Below are positions 10,198 to 19,601 of a DNA stretch of 29,791 nt, piece after piece (within the stretch, counting starts at the first letter, position 1; each line of letters starts with the position of its first letter). Source of the stretch: a virus. Lineage: Duplodnaviria > Caudoviricetes. The stretch lies in the IMG/VR virus record IMGVR_UViG_3300006046_000017, positions 1 through 29,791 of that record; one strand, given 5' to 3'. A program made the position numbers and the translations under genes. The notes under the pieces were generated by a model. That model made no database searches, was not told the origin of the DNA, and worked only from the letters and a program-made list of their open reading frames with translations.

Positions 10198-13100
10198 GCA
10201 GCCTCCGCGTGCTCTTCCTGCCATGCGGCGAGCAGGAGGATCGCGAGGCGGTCATAGGCGACGGCCTTGCCGTCTGAGAGCTGCGGGCACACCTCGCGGA
10301 CTTCTTCGGCGATGAGTCCCAACTGTTCGCGGTCGTCGCCGTCGAGCAGCCGATACAGCAGCGGTCGCAGCTTCGCCAAGATCGATGCGGCAAGTTTCGG
10401 CGTGCCGGTCTCGCGCTTGATCTTGCGCGACGATGTGCTCGTGAAGCTCGGAGCCTGGGCGGCGCTGGTCATGTTGACGATGCCGCCGCTGCCAGCGGTG
10501 ATAACGACGTTGGCACCCGAAGCCGATGCGGCGAGGGTGATGTGGCTGTCGCTCCCGCCCATGTCGCCCACGTTCCCGATGGTGACGCTCGCGGAGTCCA
10601 GAAACGACACGTAACTTGTGTTGGCCGCTCCCGCGCCGCCGCCGATGAGGTTAAGAATGCCGCGAGACAAGAGCGCGCCCGTTGCGCCTGCGGTCGCGAA
10701 CCCGATGATCCCGGCACCAGCGCGGTAGAGGCCCGTGTTCGTTTCGCTGATGTACCGCAGCGTCGGCGCGATGTTCGAGCCGTCCGCCAGTGAGATAGTT
10801 GTCGGCGTGCTGGCGGGCGTTGTCCAGATGGGCGGCGCGGCACCTTGGCTAGTTAGTACCTGCCCGGCCGTGCCAACCGTTGCCGCAGCGGCGAGCCCCC
10901 ATGAGCCATCACCGTTGATATACAGACGATCCACACCGCCCGTGCCGGTGCGGAACCGAATCGCGCCTTGCGTGCCGGTCGCGAGGCCACCCGCAGTAAT
11001 GGTCACGCTGCCGGCGGTTGCTGTGCCGGTGTTGTTCCCTGCGGTAATGTTGACGTTACCGCCCGCGCGATTCGTGCCGGCGCCAGCGCGCCCCGTAAGC
11101 TGAACGATGCCACCATTGCCGTCAGTTGGCGTCCCACCCAAGATGTTGACTAACCCACCATTACCGGCCGCACCGGCGGCTGACCCACCAGTGATTGTGA
11201 TAGCGCCACCGTTGTTGCTAGCGCCTGTCCCAGCACCCCCGGTAATGTTGATAGGCGCGCCGGCAGCAGCGCCGGCAGGGACTGTGATGGTTCCCGTAGC
11301 AGCCCCGTCCCCTAGCGTCACCGTCGCGCCGACGACGGTCAGCGCGCCGCCTAGCGTCGTGAGCCCGGTGCCGAGGAAGTTGAACGTGTTGTTATCGGTC
11401 GCGTTGCCAAACTCCAAGTCGGCCACGACTGCCAACAACCGCTGGACGCGCAGAAAGTTCTTCGTTCCCGCACCGGCGTCGTCGCTGAGTGCAAACTGAA
11501 GCGTCCCGGCGAGGCCCAAGATGCGCCACGCTCGGTTGCTTGCAGTGGAATCTGTTTCATAGATGACGATGCTAGGGGCCGAACTAGATAGGAGTATGGT
11601 TCCAGCTATGCCGGTGTGTACGGCCGAGAACGTATGCGATCCGGTCCACGTCGGCACGATGGCCTGCGAAAGCGCGGGCGCACCGTCGCTGCGGAGGAAC
11701 GTCGTCGCGACTCCATTGACTGCGGCGAGCCCAACGGTGCCGGTCGGATTTGCAGCGGCTGCCGACGCCGTGAGCGCGACGCCGTTGACGTAGACGCCGG
11801 TCGCGTTGATGGTGCCGACACCCATTGAGGCGCCCGTGGGCGCGCCGATGACAATCGAGCCGTTGACGGTTGCGACGCCGGTCCCGAGGAAGCTGTACGT
11901 GGGGTTGTTAGTCGCGTTGCCGAGCGAGACATTCGTGATCGCCGTGCCGGTGCCGCGCGTCACTTGCAGGGCGACGGCGGACGTGGCTTCTGCGCCATCG
12001 TAGGTGCGCAACGTGAGGACTTTGGTGTTGACGATGAGGCGCCACTTCTGCTCGTCGGTTGTCTGATCCGACTCAAGCAGCGTGAGGTTGGGCGACAAGG
12101 ACGACCAAAAGTGCGTGCCGGTCCACACCGGGTTTATGGCTTGGTTCAGTGCCTGGGCGGCGTCGCTGCGCAGGTAGGTCGTCGCCACGCCATTGACAGC
12201 AGTGATGCCAATCGTTGCGGTGGGGTTTCCTGCGGTCGTGCCGCCAGCAGTCACCGCCACGCCGTTGATGTACAGCCCCGTCGCGTTGATGGTGCCGGTG
12301 CCTTGCGCGCCGCCGGTCGCGGCGCCGATGAGCATCTGTCCTGCGACGCTGACGGTGCCGGTTCCAAGGAAGTTGAATGCGGGGTTATGCGTCACGTTGC
12401 CGAAGTTCATCGTCGTGATGATTCCCGCGACCTTCACGAAGTTGAGCGCTTGCCCGACTTCGGTTCCGGCATCGTTCTCGGATGAAACGATGTACGCGCC
12501 GTTGTTGTTTCGCGTGCGCCAGTTCTTGTCGTCCGTCGCGGCGTCACTGTCGATGTACTTGAGTACCGGGCCGCCCGCGTTCGTGATGACATTCGTCAGC
12601 GCGTTCATGGTCATGGAGCCGGCGACATCCACCGCACCGTTGAAGAACACGGTGCCGTTCGAGTGAACGTAGAAGTCGGTGGTGAGCGCCTGGTTGTCAG
12701 CGCTCGCGACCGGAACGCGGCCGAAGAGGAGCGCGCCTGCGGCATCGGTCGTGATGACGCGGCCAATGACTCCGCGCGTCATGAAGCTGTTGTCGTTGGT
12801 GCCATGTTCTGCGTGGAAAGCCAAGAACGGCCTGCCGTTCTGGCGCGCGTATCCCAAGGTCGAGGCGTAGCCGGCGCCATTCGAGTGACCGAACTCGAAT
12901 GCGTTCACGAGGCCGCGTGAGGCGATGCGCGAGGTCGTTTGATTGCTGCCGGCACCGCCGAAGGTATGCGTTCCGGTCCAGCCGGGCGAGATGCCAACGC
13001 TCAGCGCGGGCGCCGCATCGGAGCGCATGTAGGTCGCGGCGGAGCCGTTGACCGGAGTCAGCACTACGCTTGCGGTTGGATTCGCGAACGCATCGCCGGC

Positions 13101-14939
13101 TAACAAACCGGCGCGGACATCCGAGGTGCGCGTGACGTAGACCGAGCCCTGCGTGGCGTGCGAGTCGAGCACCACGCCCAAGAGTTGCAGCGCGGCCGGG
13201 TAGGCGGGCGGAGTGCTGGTGAGAACGCCGGCATTTCCGAGAAACAGTTTCGTGCCGGCCGCCCACGCGGAGGTGTCAACGCCCGCAACGACGCCGATAA
13301 CCATGACTTCGACGAAGCCATTGTTGGCGACCGTCGCCCCGGTGATGCCGCCCGCCGTCTGATTCAAGCTCGCATCGGCGAGCCCAATCGTCGGCCGATT
13401 GGCCGAGCCACCTACCGCGCGAACGGCGCGCAGTTTCTGGATGGTCGCGCCCGAGGTGTTGCGGCCGACGATGTAGTTGTCCTGATTGAGCACCCACGTA
13501 GCGCGCGAGTTATGCACGTACATCCGCGTGATGCCGTTGTCGCTCTGCGGGTTCATCCAGTACTCGCCGGCCGCCGCGAGTCCGGGGTCCGCCTGTTCGC
13601 GGAATTTCACGACGTTGTTGAAGGTGTGAATGCCCGACCACACAGGCGCAATGGCTTGCGAGAGTGCCGGAGAGCTGTCGGCGCGCGGCGCACTGGTTGA
13701 GACACCGTTGACGGCTGTTAGGCCAATGACACCCGTGACGTTGGCAAGTGGCGGCTGCGGGCCGGCAGGACCCTGAATACCCTGAATACCTTGGATACCC
13801 TGAATGCCCTGATCGCCTTGCGGGATAGTTAGGTTCAGGGTCTGCGATGGGGCGGTGCCGGTGATCGTCGCGGCAGCGGCCGAGCCAGCGGCGCCCGTGG
13901 TCGTGGTACCGATGGCAAGCGCATTCGGTGGACCTGCGGGGCCGGTCGGGCCCGTGGCGCCGGTCGCGCCTGCCGGGATCGTCATGTTCAGGACTTGATT
14001 CGGCGATGTGCCGGTGATCGACACGATGACCGATGAGCCAGGAATGCCCGTGGCGATGGTGCCGGCGGTCAGCGTGTTAGGCGGTCCTGCGGGACCTGGG
14101 CCGCCGGTGATGTTCGTCCAGCTCGCAGGGTTCGATGGGTTGCTACGGTCGATCAGGACGTAGGTCTTCGTGGGCGTACCCCACGTCGCGTAGGTCTGCC
14201 CGACCCCCAAGTCATTGCCGGGGATCGCGTCCCAGATGTCGAACGCGGCGCCGACGTTCGCGCCTGCGGTGCCCAAGTCAATGGTGTCGGTCGCGTTGTA
14301 CTCGCGCGCGCGCAGCGCCCACCACTTGGCCGAAAACATGCCGTCGTCCACGGCTTCGGGCCAGCCAGGAGGCGCGGGCATGACAGGGGCGGCCAAGTAC
14401 TCCGCCCACTTGAAGGCGGTTTCCTCGTGCATCTGCGCTTCAGAGACCGAGTTGATGACGGAGTTCGCGGCTGTCTGCGCGGCGTCCGCTGAAGTTTGCG
14501 AGTTGTCGGCGAAGGTGGCGGCGTTCGTCGCCGCCGTCTGCGCGACGCCTTGCGAAACGCCAGCGGCAGCGGCTGCGCCATCGGCTTCATTGGCTGCGGT
14601 GACGGCGGCGGAGGCGGATGCGTCGCTGTCCGCCGCAGAACTTGCGGCGGCAGCAGCGGACGCAGCGGCAGCGGCGGCAGCCGCTTCAGCGTCGGCGGTA
14701 ACGCCGTCGGTGATGCCGTCGAGCAAGCCGTCTTGGAGCTGGTCTTCGCCAACAGAATCGTTGGCGAGCGCGCCGTCTGCGCGCTGAATCAGCGCAAGTG
14801 CGGTTTGCGTGCCGGTCAGCGCGTTCGCAACGGCATCGTATTCAGTGTCGAGTTTGTTGCCGGGCTTCGGCTCACCTGGATTGGTGGTCTCGAAGTCCGT
14901 AAATGAATACGCGCGTGCATACGCTGGGGGATACGCCAT
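10194..14939 (-). CDS. long tail fibre with collagen-like segment and C-terminal peptidase S74-type intramolecular chaperone
   Basis: ATG 14939 with GGAG; Ala-rich coiled coil, G-X-Y runs, internal repeats; C-terminal SSRKIK...LRPLLY...GLIAEEV...YDRL. Confidence 0.88.
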   Translation of the reverse strand: MAYPPAYARAYSFTDFETTNPGEPKPGNKLDTEYDAVANALTGTQTALALIQRADGALANDSVGEDQLQDGLLDGITDGVTADAEAAAAAAAASAAAAASSAADSDASASAAVTAANEADGAAAAAGVSQGVAQTAATNAATFADNSQTSADAAQTAANSVINSVSEAQMHEETAFKWAEYLAAPVMPAPPGWPEAVDDGMFSAKWWALRAREYNATDTIDLGTAGANVGAAFDIWDAIPGNDLGVGQTYATWGTPTKTYVLIDRSNPSNPASWTNITGGPGPAGPPNTLTAGTIATGIPGSSVIVSITGTSPNQVLNMTIPAGATGATGPTGPAGPPNALAIGTTTTGAAGSAAAATITGTAPSQTLNLTIPQGDQGIQGIQGIQGIQGPAGPQPPLANVTGVIGLTAVNGVSTSAPRADSSPALSQAIAPVWSGIHTFNNVVKFREQADPGLAAAGEYWMNPQSDNGITRMYVHNSRATWVLNQDNYIVGRNTSGATIQKLRAVRAVGGSANRPTIGLADASLNQTAGGITGATVANNGFVEVMVIGVVAGVDTSAWAAGTKLFLGNAGVLTSTPPAYPAALQLLGVVLDSHATQGSVYVTRTSDVRAGLLAGDAFANPTASVVLTPVNGSAATYMRSDAAPALSVGISPGWTGTHTFGGAGSNQTTSRIASRGLVNAFEFGHSNGAGYASTLGYARQNGRPFLAFHAEHGTNDNSFMTRGVIGRVITTDAAGALLFGRVPVASADNQALTTDFYVHSNGTVFFNGAVDVAGSMTMNALTNVITNAGGPVLKYIDSDAATDDKNWRTRNNNGAYIVSSENDAGTEVGQALNFVKVAGIITTMNFGNVTHNPAFNFLGTGTVSVAGQMLIGAATGGAQGTGTINATGLYINGVAVTAGGTTAGNPTATIGITAVNGVATTYLRSDAAQALNQAINPVWTGTHFWSSLSPNLTLLESDQTTDEQKWRLIVNTKVLTLRTYDGAEATSAVALQVTRGTGTAITNVSLGNATNNPTYSFLGTGVATVNGSIVIGAPTGASMGVGTINATGVYVNGVALTASAAAANPTGTVGLAAVNGVATTFLRSDGAPALSQAIVPTWTGSHTFSAVHTGIAGTILLSSSAPSIVIYETDSTASNRAWRILGLAGTLQFALSDDAGAGTKNFLRVQRLLAVVADLEFGNATDNNTFNFLGTGLTTLGGALTVVGATVTLGDGAATGTITVPAGAAAGAPINITGGAGTGASNNGGAITITGGSAAGAAGNGGLVNILGGTPTDGNGGIVQLTGRAGAGTNRAGGNVNITAGNNTGTATAGSVTITAGGLATGTQGAIRFRTGTGGVDRLYINGDGSWGLAAAATVGTAGQVLTSQGAAPPIWTTPASTPTTISLADGSNIAPTLRYISETNTGLYRAGAGIIGFATAGATGALLSRGILNLIGGGAGAANTSYVSFLDSASVTIGNVGDMGGSDSHITLAASASGANVVITAGSGGIVNMTSAAQAPSFTSTSSRKIKRETGTPKLAASILAKLRPLLYRLLDGDDREQLGLIAEEVREVCPQLSDGKAVAYDRLAILLLAAWQEEHAEAA
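11628..13745 (-). repeat. four copies of a 42-aa module in the tail fibre
   Basis: (A/G)NxT..VNG....R(S/A)D...AL...I.P.W(T/S)G.H at 13620-13745, 12960-13085, 12105-12230, 11628-11753. Confidence 0.85.
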
Positions 14940-14979
14940 TGCTCGCTCCATCCCACGCTGACACCTGCACCCCGCGCGC

Positions 14980-15017
14980 AAGGTACGCTACCGGAGTGAC
15001 AGGTGTCTACAGACGCC
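14980..15017 (-). promoter_or_regulatory. putative late promoter, same layout as at 5395-5435
   Basis: near-palindrome GGTGTCTACAGACGCC (15002-15017); on - strand TAGACA-N18-TACCTT upstream of the fibre gene. Confidence 0.55.
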
Positions 15018-15022
15018 GGTCG

Positions 15023-15298
15023 TTACCAGTAGTACTTGTGCGGCTTGCGGTTATCCGGCCAAGACACGGCGTCGGCGTCGAGGCCGCGCGCGATGGCGTG
15101 CTCGAAGCGCTTCTCGATGCGGCGAGCGGGGACGGTCATCCAATCGTGAACCCACCAGCCAGGTTCGTTCATGACCGAGCGTGACAGTTCGCGCCACGGG
15201 CGTTTGACCCCGTGGCGTGAACCCCAGCACTGACTGATGATGCGCAGCGCTCGCACGCGAGCGACGGCCGCGCGATGGCGGCGAAGTGAGCGAGACAT
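15023..15298 (-). CDS. hypothetical protein
   Basis: 91 aa, GGAGG RBS. Confidence 0.6.
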   Translation of the reverse strand: MSRSLRRHRAAVARVRALRIISQCWGSRHGVKRPWRELSRSVMNEPGWWVHDWMTVPARRIEKRFEHAIARGLDADAVSWPDNRKPHKYYW

Positions 15299-15317
15299 AG
15301 GGCCTCCGTTGAAGTAC

Positions 15318-15485
15318 CTACGTCATGTCAACCACCTCGAAGCTCCAGCCCTTCTGTTTGCAGTACGCGCTGATCTCTCGCACCGTCCAGCCGCGCATGT
15401 ATTTCAAGATCGGCGCAAGGCGCACGCCCGTTCGCTCGTACGCGATGCCGGCGCAGAAGTGTCGCGCTGTGATCCTAATGAGCAT
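15318..15485 (-). CDS. small phage protein, 55 aa (not in ORF track)
   Basis: MLIRITARHFCAG...APILKYMRGW...YCKQKGWSFE; GGAG upstream; fills the operon gap. Confidence 0.7.
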   Translation of the reverse strand: MLIRITARHFCAGIAYERTGVRLAPILKYMRGWTVREISAYCKQKGWSFEVVDMT

Positions 15486-15648
15486 CTGGCTTCGCGAACA
15501 TCTCCGGGTAGTGCGCGCGCTCGTACGCCTCGCACTCCTCGGCGAGCGCGATCAGCTCATCGGACTCGGGAGTTGGCTTTTCCGGGTCCATGTAGGCGAG
15601 CTTGCGCACCCGTTCGATGGCCGCCTCGTATTCGGTTCTCGTGAACAT
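15475..15648 (-). CDS. 57-aa protein resembling the N-terminal region of HigA antitoxins, no HTH (not in ORF track)
   Basis: GAGGA RBS; TEYEAAIERVRKL...PTPESDELIALAEECEAYERAHYP. Confidence 0.65.
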   Translation of the reverse strand: MFTRTEYEAAIERVRKLAYMDPEKPTPESDELIALAEECEAYERAHYPEMFAKPDAH

Positions 15649-15657
15649 GGGGATTCC

Positions 15658-16221
15658 TCACGCGTTGGTGGACTGAGCGCCGCCTTTGGCAAGGTCGCTG
15701 CTGTTGTCTTCCCATATCTTCAAGAAGCGGCGCTGACGCTCCAGCTCCGAAAGCAGGAAGTCCGGCAGCGGGCCGACCGCCTGATAGGTCATGTGCCGCT
15801 CGTTCTTCGGGTCCGGGAGCAACGCCGTACCCGTCGCCGCTTCATTCAGGAACTGGCCCACGCGCTCGTAGAAGTCGATGCGATGATTGTGATGCGGGCC
15901 GGTGTACTCCTCGCCTTCGGCCGAGGACTGGAAGTAGGCGATGTTGCGATAGTCGGTGCCATCGCCATCGAACTCCCACACCACGGTTGCGTACTTGCCG
16001 CCGCGATCCGCGTTTTCGGCGCGCGCCATGGCAAGCGCTTTGGTGCGATCCGGCCCGCCGTAGATGTGATACGCGTGCTCGTTGGTGCAGCCCCAGCGGT
16101 ACGCCGTCACGAGGAAGAAGGGCACGCCGGCCTTCACCTCTACAGCAGAATCTCCCGGCGTAGCCGCTGATATTTTGCTGTCTCCAAGTTCTGAAGCTGC
16201 GGGGTCGATGTCATGTGCCAT
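15658..16221 (-). CDS. hypothetical protein
   Basis: likely start ATG 16221 after GAGGA; the longer ORF-track start overlaps two other genes. Confidence 0.65.
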   Translation of the reverse strand: MAHDIDPAASELGDSKISAATPGDSAVEVKAGVPFFLVTAYRWGCTNEHAYHIYGGPDRTKALAMARAENADRGGKYATVVWEFDGDGTDYRNIAYFQSSAEGEEYTGPHHNHRIDFYERVGQFLNEAATGTALLPDPKNERHMTYQAVGPLPDFLLSELERQRRFLKIWEDNSSDLAKGGAQSTNA

Positions 16222-16343
16222 TGTTTGCATTCCTCGCAACGATAGACACGCAGGATCACTCGCCGCAATCGCGTCATTTTGCGCCGCGCCTCGCGCCGCG
16301 CGGCGGCGTGTGTGTAAAAACACTTTTTGGCGGAGCTGCACAC
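16140..16343 (-). CDS. small zinc-binding protein
   Basis: C...K..Y...A...YRCEECKQWHMTS pattern typical of small phage Zn-ribbon proteins. Confidence 0.6.
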   Translation of the reverse strand: MCSSAKKCFYTHAAARREARRKMTRLRRVILRVYRCEECKQWHMTSTPQLQNLETAKYQRLRREILL

Positions 16344-16345
16344 CC

Positions 16346-17848
16346 CTACCTACCCAGTACGTAGAAGTACTGTTCGATGGCCCAGGCACGCAGTTTGCTG
16401 TATCCGATCCTCGAGCTGCCGTCAGAGAACACGCCATCCAGTACCACCTCGTCGCGATCTGCCCCCACGGGCAGCGGCGCGTGATGATCGGGCGCCGGGT
16501 TTGCGGCCGACACATCCGACCAGCCGCCGGCTTCCTCGACCGTGTTGACGAACTGGGAGGCTGTGTCTTTGACGCCGCGAATCGCCGCGTCGATTTGATC
16601 GAAGACATCATTCAAGCCGCCTTCGTACAGGTAGCGGCGATTCGGCATACAGCCGACCGTTTCGCGCACGAGCTGCGTGAACGCCAAGCCCTCTTGCACG
16701 GTGGGCGCGAGTGCGTCGCGGCACGGGCGCAAGACACCCTCGTAGTTGAACCCGAGGCCGAGCGGCCACGCGCCGGGGCGCAAGGTGGGCTTCAGATACC
16801 CCTCGTCCTGCTTGACGAAAAACCCCTCTTGGCTCGCAGGCTGCGGCCAACCGAACTCGCTGTTGTGCGCGCCGTGACCGCTTGACCCCGGCGTCACGTC
16901 CTGCACTTCCGCCAGCACGATTTCATCACCCTGGTTGGGTCCGCGCACGCTCACGCAGCCGGCCATGTTGAACTGCATGGTGCGCCCTTCGGTGGCGTTG
17001 TGATCGCCGTTGTCATCGACCTTGACGGCAGCGCCGCGACCCACATCGGGCTGCCCGTGGTTGTAGTGGAGGTTGTTGATGTGGGCGTGATTCGGTGCCG
17101 CGACCAGCGGGTTTCGATCCGTGGTGTGCGCGTAGAGTGACTGCATGGCGAGTGAGTAGTCAGTGCGCCCGCCAACCAGATGCCCAAAGCCATGATCGGC
17201 GCCGGCCTCGTGGTGACTGCCATCCTCCATCGCAAAGTCGGGCGGGGTGTGCAGCGGGTCGAAAATCGCGCCCCGAATCCACGAGGTGCCGTGCGTGTCG
17301 TACCAGACCTGCACCAACTCATCCATGCCGAAGCGCGCCTCGCAGTTGATGAAGGCGACGTTACCGATTTCCTGGGTGCTGGAGCTGGCCTGCAAGCAGT
17401 CACGCTGATCGGCCTGAAACTTATCCGGGCCATCGCGAGACGGCAGGTCCCCCAGCCAGGAGGGCAGGTGCCAGATGCGCGAGTTGCTGGCGCGCACGCC
17501 CACCGCTGCGGTCTGCACGAAAAGGCCCGCGCCGGGGGCCGCATGGCCCAAGTAATCGAAGTTGGCACGCTCGGGCGTGTTCATTCCGCAGCCGCAAAAG
17601 CAGTAACCGCCGACCTCGGGAATGATCCACTTATGGAACCCCTCGCCTTGGTCGGCGTACCAGCACCACCAGAACGTGCCGGAGAAGCAGTTAGGCCCGC
17701 GCGGATCGGGCCCGCCCTCCTTGACCCATTCGGTGGACGTGACGAAATAGAGTTTCGAGGGAAGATCCCCGCGACTCACATCAAGGCCGGGGCCGCCCAC
17801 TCCGGGCAGCGCCGATAAATACGGGGTCGATTGATAGGGCCATTTCAT
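16346..17848 (-). CDS. pectate-lyase-like (PL1-type) right-handed beta-helix protein
   Basis: YFVT...GTF...EVGG, DC...NV.FINC..RFGMDE, SLYAH..DRNP, HINNL.YN motifs; no signal peptide. Confidence 0.7.
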   Translation of the reverse strand: MKWPYQSTPYLSALPGVGGPGLDVSRGDLPSKLYFVTSTEWVKEGGPDPRGPNCFSGTFWWCWYADQGEGFHKWIIPEVGGYCFCGCGMNTPERANFDYLGHAAPGAGLFVQTAAVGVRASNSRIWHLPSWLGDLPSRDGPDKFQADQRDCLQASSSTQEIGNVAFINCEARFGMDELVQVWYDTHGTSWIRGAIFDPLHTPPDFAMEDGSHHEAGADHGFGHLVGGRTDYSLAMQSLYAHTTDRNPLVAAPNHAHINNLHYNHGQPDVGRGAAVKVDDNGDHNATEGRTMQFNMAGCVSVRGPNQGDEIVLAEVQDVTPGSSGHGAHNSEFGWPQPASQEGFFVKQDEGYLKPTLRPGAWPLGLGFNYEGVLRPCRDALAPTVQEGLAFTQLVRETVGCMPNRRYLYEGGLNDVFDQIDAAIRGVKDTASQFVNTVEEAGGWSDVSAANPAPDHHAPLPVGADRDEVVLDGVFSDGSSRIGYSKLRAWAIEQYFYVLGR

Positions 17849-17851
17849 GAT

Positions 17852-18202
17852 TCATCCCTCCAGACATTTCGCGCAAACAATGACGTTGGGCAGCTCGGGG
17901 TGTTGCAGCGGCGGCGGCCAACCAATCGGGGTGCGCCGGCACAGCAGACATATCGGCGTCGCCTTGCTGATAAACCCATGGCGCCGATAAAAGTCGGCGA
18001 GCGCACTGTAATTCCAGCGCGGGTGATCGCGGTTCTCGGCAAAACGGATGTGCTCGAAGAGTGTGTTGGCGACGAGCTGCGCCTCCTCGTTGTTCAACTT
18101 GACTTCACCCGGTCCCGGCTGCGGGGATTTCTCATCCGTGAGACACGCCTGATTGTTGATGAACTTGGCGAGCGTGCGCAGCCGTTCGATGTCCTCGCTC
18201 AT
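17852..18202 (-). CDS. hypothetical protein with two CxxC pairs
   Basis: ATG 18202 overlaps upstream stop; CLLC...CAKC. Confidence 0.6.
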   Translation of the reverse strand: MSEDIERLRTLAKFINNQACLTDEKSPQPGPGEVKLNNEEAQLVANTLFEHIRFAENRDHPRWNYSALADFYRRHGFISKATPICLLCRRTPIGWPPPLQHPELPNVIVCAKCLEG

Positions 18203-18528
18203 TGCTGCCACCGACTCGGCACGTGCGGCTCCCACTCCAGGCGCAACTTGTTTTTGTTCATGTAGTCATTGACCTCGTGCACCAGAAGCCCTGTTAGGAA
18301 CCGCTCATCGGCCTCTGTGTACCCGGAAGTTCTGAAGTGCTCCAAGAGTTTCAGCACCAGACTCGCCCCGGCCATGAAGGCGCCGGGGGTCAACTGCTTG
18401 GGGGCCAACTTCACCTGTTGCACAAACGACTGGTAGCCAGAATCCAAAAAGTCCGCCATCTCGTACAACTGGCGCTCGTTGGCCTGATCGGGGTGGATGT
18501 CCACAGGTGCCTCCCGCTTGGGCTTCAT
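18199..18528 (-). CDS. hypothetical protein
   Basis: ATGA coupling at both ends. Confidence 0.6.
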   Translation of the reverse strand: MKPKREAPVDIHPDQANERQLYEMADFLDSGYQSFVQQVKLAPKQLTPGAFMAGASLVLKLLEHFRTSGYTEADERFLTGLLVHEVNDYMNKNKLRLEWEPHVPSRWQQ

Positions 18529-18944
18529 GTGTAAACGTCTTCGGCAAGGCCGCTCGGAGGCGGCGGTTGCGCCTGCGGCGACGGCGCTTCTGCTTGCGCA
18601 GGTGATTGAACTGGAGGACCGAAGATCGTGCGCGCGTTCACCGGGTCGTTCACTTCCATGATCTGACGGCAACTGTTGAGCTTCACTTGAAGCCCAAGGA
18701 CCGCATCCATCGCTTCCTTCAGCGCCGCTTCCGTCGCGTTGGTACCCATGTGCATACCCGTCGCGAGCAGCACTTGCGCTGTGGTCGGAAGGTCGGTGTA
18801 CGCATCGCGTGCGATGTTATCAAGTCGTCGCTGCACGTCCCGATCCATCATCAACGAAACCGTGATCGACTTCTCTGGCTTCTTTCCCCTCGCGTTTTTA
18901 CTGCGGGCCCGAAGTCCCGGACGTTTGCCTCGCTTGCTCGTCAT
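18525..18944 (-). CDS. hypothetical protein, possible ribbon-helix-helix DNA-binding
   Basis: GAGGAGG RBS before ATG 18944 (alternative 18989); basic N-terminus, SITVSLMMDRDVQRRLDNIAR. Confidence 0.55.
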   Translation of the reverse strand: MTSKRGKRPGLRARSKNARGKKPEKSITVSLMMDRDVQRRLDNIARDAYTDLPTTAQVLLATGMHMGTNATEAALKEAMDAVLGLQVKLNSCRQIMEVNDPVNARTIFGPPVQSPAQAEAPSPQAQPPPPSGLAEDVYT

Positions 18945-18985
18945 GATTGCCTCCTCGGTAAGTTGTGTTTCCGTTGCATCGACGG

Positions 18986-19204
18986 TCATGGCCCTGCATC
19001 CGGCCAGCACTCACCCGCAAAGCGGGTCAGCGCCTCGTACGCCTCACGCTCCAGGCACACCCGTTCGATCCGCATCTTGGGCGGCTCACGGGGATCGGGG
19101 TTTTCGGGGCGGGACACCATCAGCCAGAGCTGGCCGGTGTCGGGCGTGTACTGCACGTACACGCCATCACCTAGATAGGCACTCCGTGCACTCTCGTCAG
19201 GCAT
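18986..19204 (-). CDS. small phage protein
   Basis: AGGAG RBS; YLGDGVY...LWL...LE.E.YEAL. Confidence 0.7.
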   Translation of the reverse strand: MPDESARSAYLGDGVYVQYTPDTGQLWLMVSRPENPDPREPPKMRIERVCLEREAYEALTRFAGECWPDAGP

Positions 19205-19465
19205 CGCAGCTCCTTCGCGATTCGTCCAGCTCTCAGCAGGGATCAGGCAGCCTAAACTTATGTTGGACGTCTGGCATAGGACTTTATACGTACACGTGTA
19301 CACCGTGCACGGTCGTCACCTGTAGTGCTTCTGCAACGGAGCTTCTGGCTGCGCCAGACTGCGCTTCTGCTTTGCAGTTGGCGTTTTGGAGTAGGGGGAA
19401 ATTTTGGAGGTGGGTCGAAGATCAGATTGGACGCGCGCACTCCGGTGGCGGCCGGGGGGCGGACC

Positions 19466-19526
19466 GCATTATGTAAAGCAATGGAACCGCGCTGCATTAT
19501 GGCAAGTGGCTAGCTACTGCATTATG
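19466..19526. repeat. three direct repeats GCATTATG
   Basis: at 19466, 19494, 19519 in a ~400-bp non-coding gap. Confidence 0.7.
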
Positions 19527-19601
19527 TGAAGCGGATAACCCTGCGCCTTGGCCACATGCCTAGAAGGGATGTGGTGCGCCACCCTATGATATTGATTACC
19601 C

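Noticed and set aside
9625-14939. Diversity-generating retroelement acting on the fibre
   Set aside because: No reverse transcriptase in the window; the repeats are diverged at all bases, not adenine-specific
15234-15260. CTGATGA as a fourth hammerhead core
   Set aside because: No stem II followed by GAAA, and it is antisense within a CDS
15325-16885. Long + strand ORFs (281 and 267 aa) and similar antisense ORFs elsewhere
   Set aside because: Shadows of coupled - strand genes in GC-rich DNA, with no recognisable motifs
19170-19200. CTGACGAG on the - strand
   Set aside because: Codons of MPDES; no GAAA or stems
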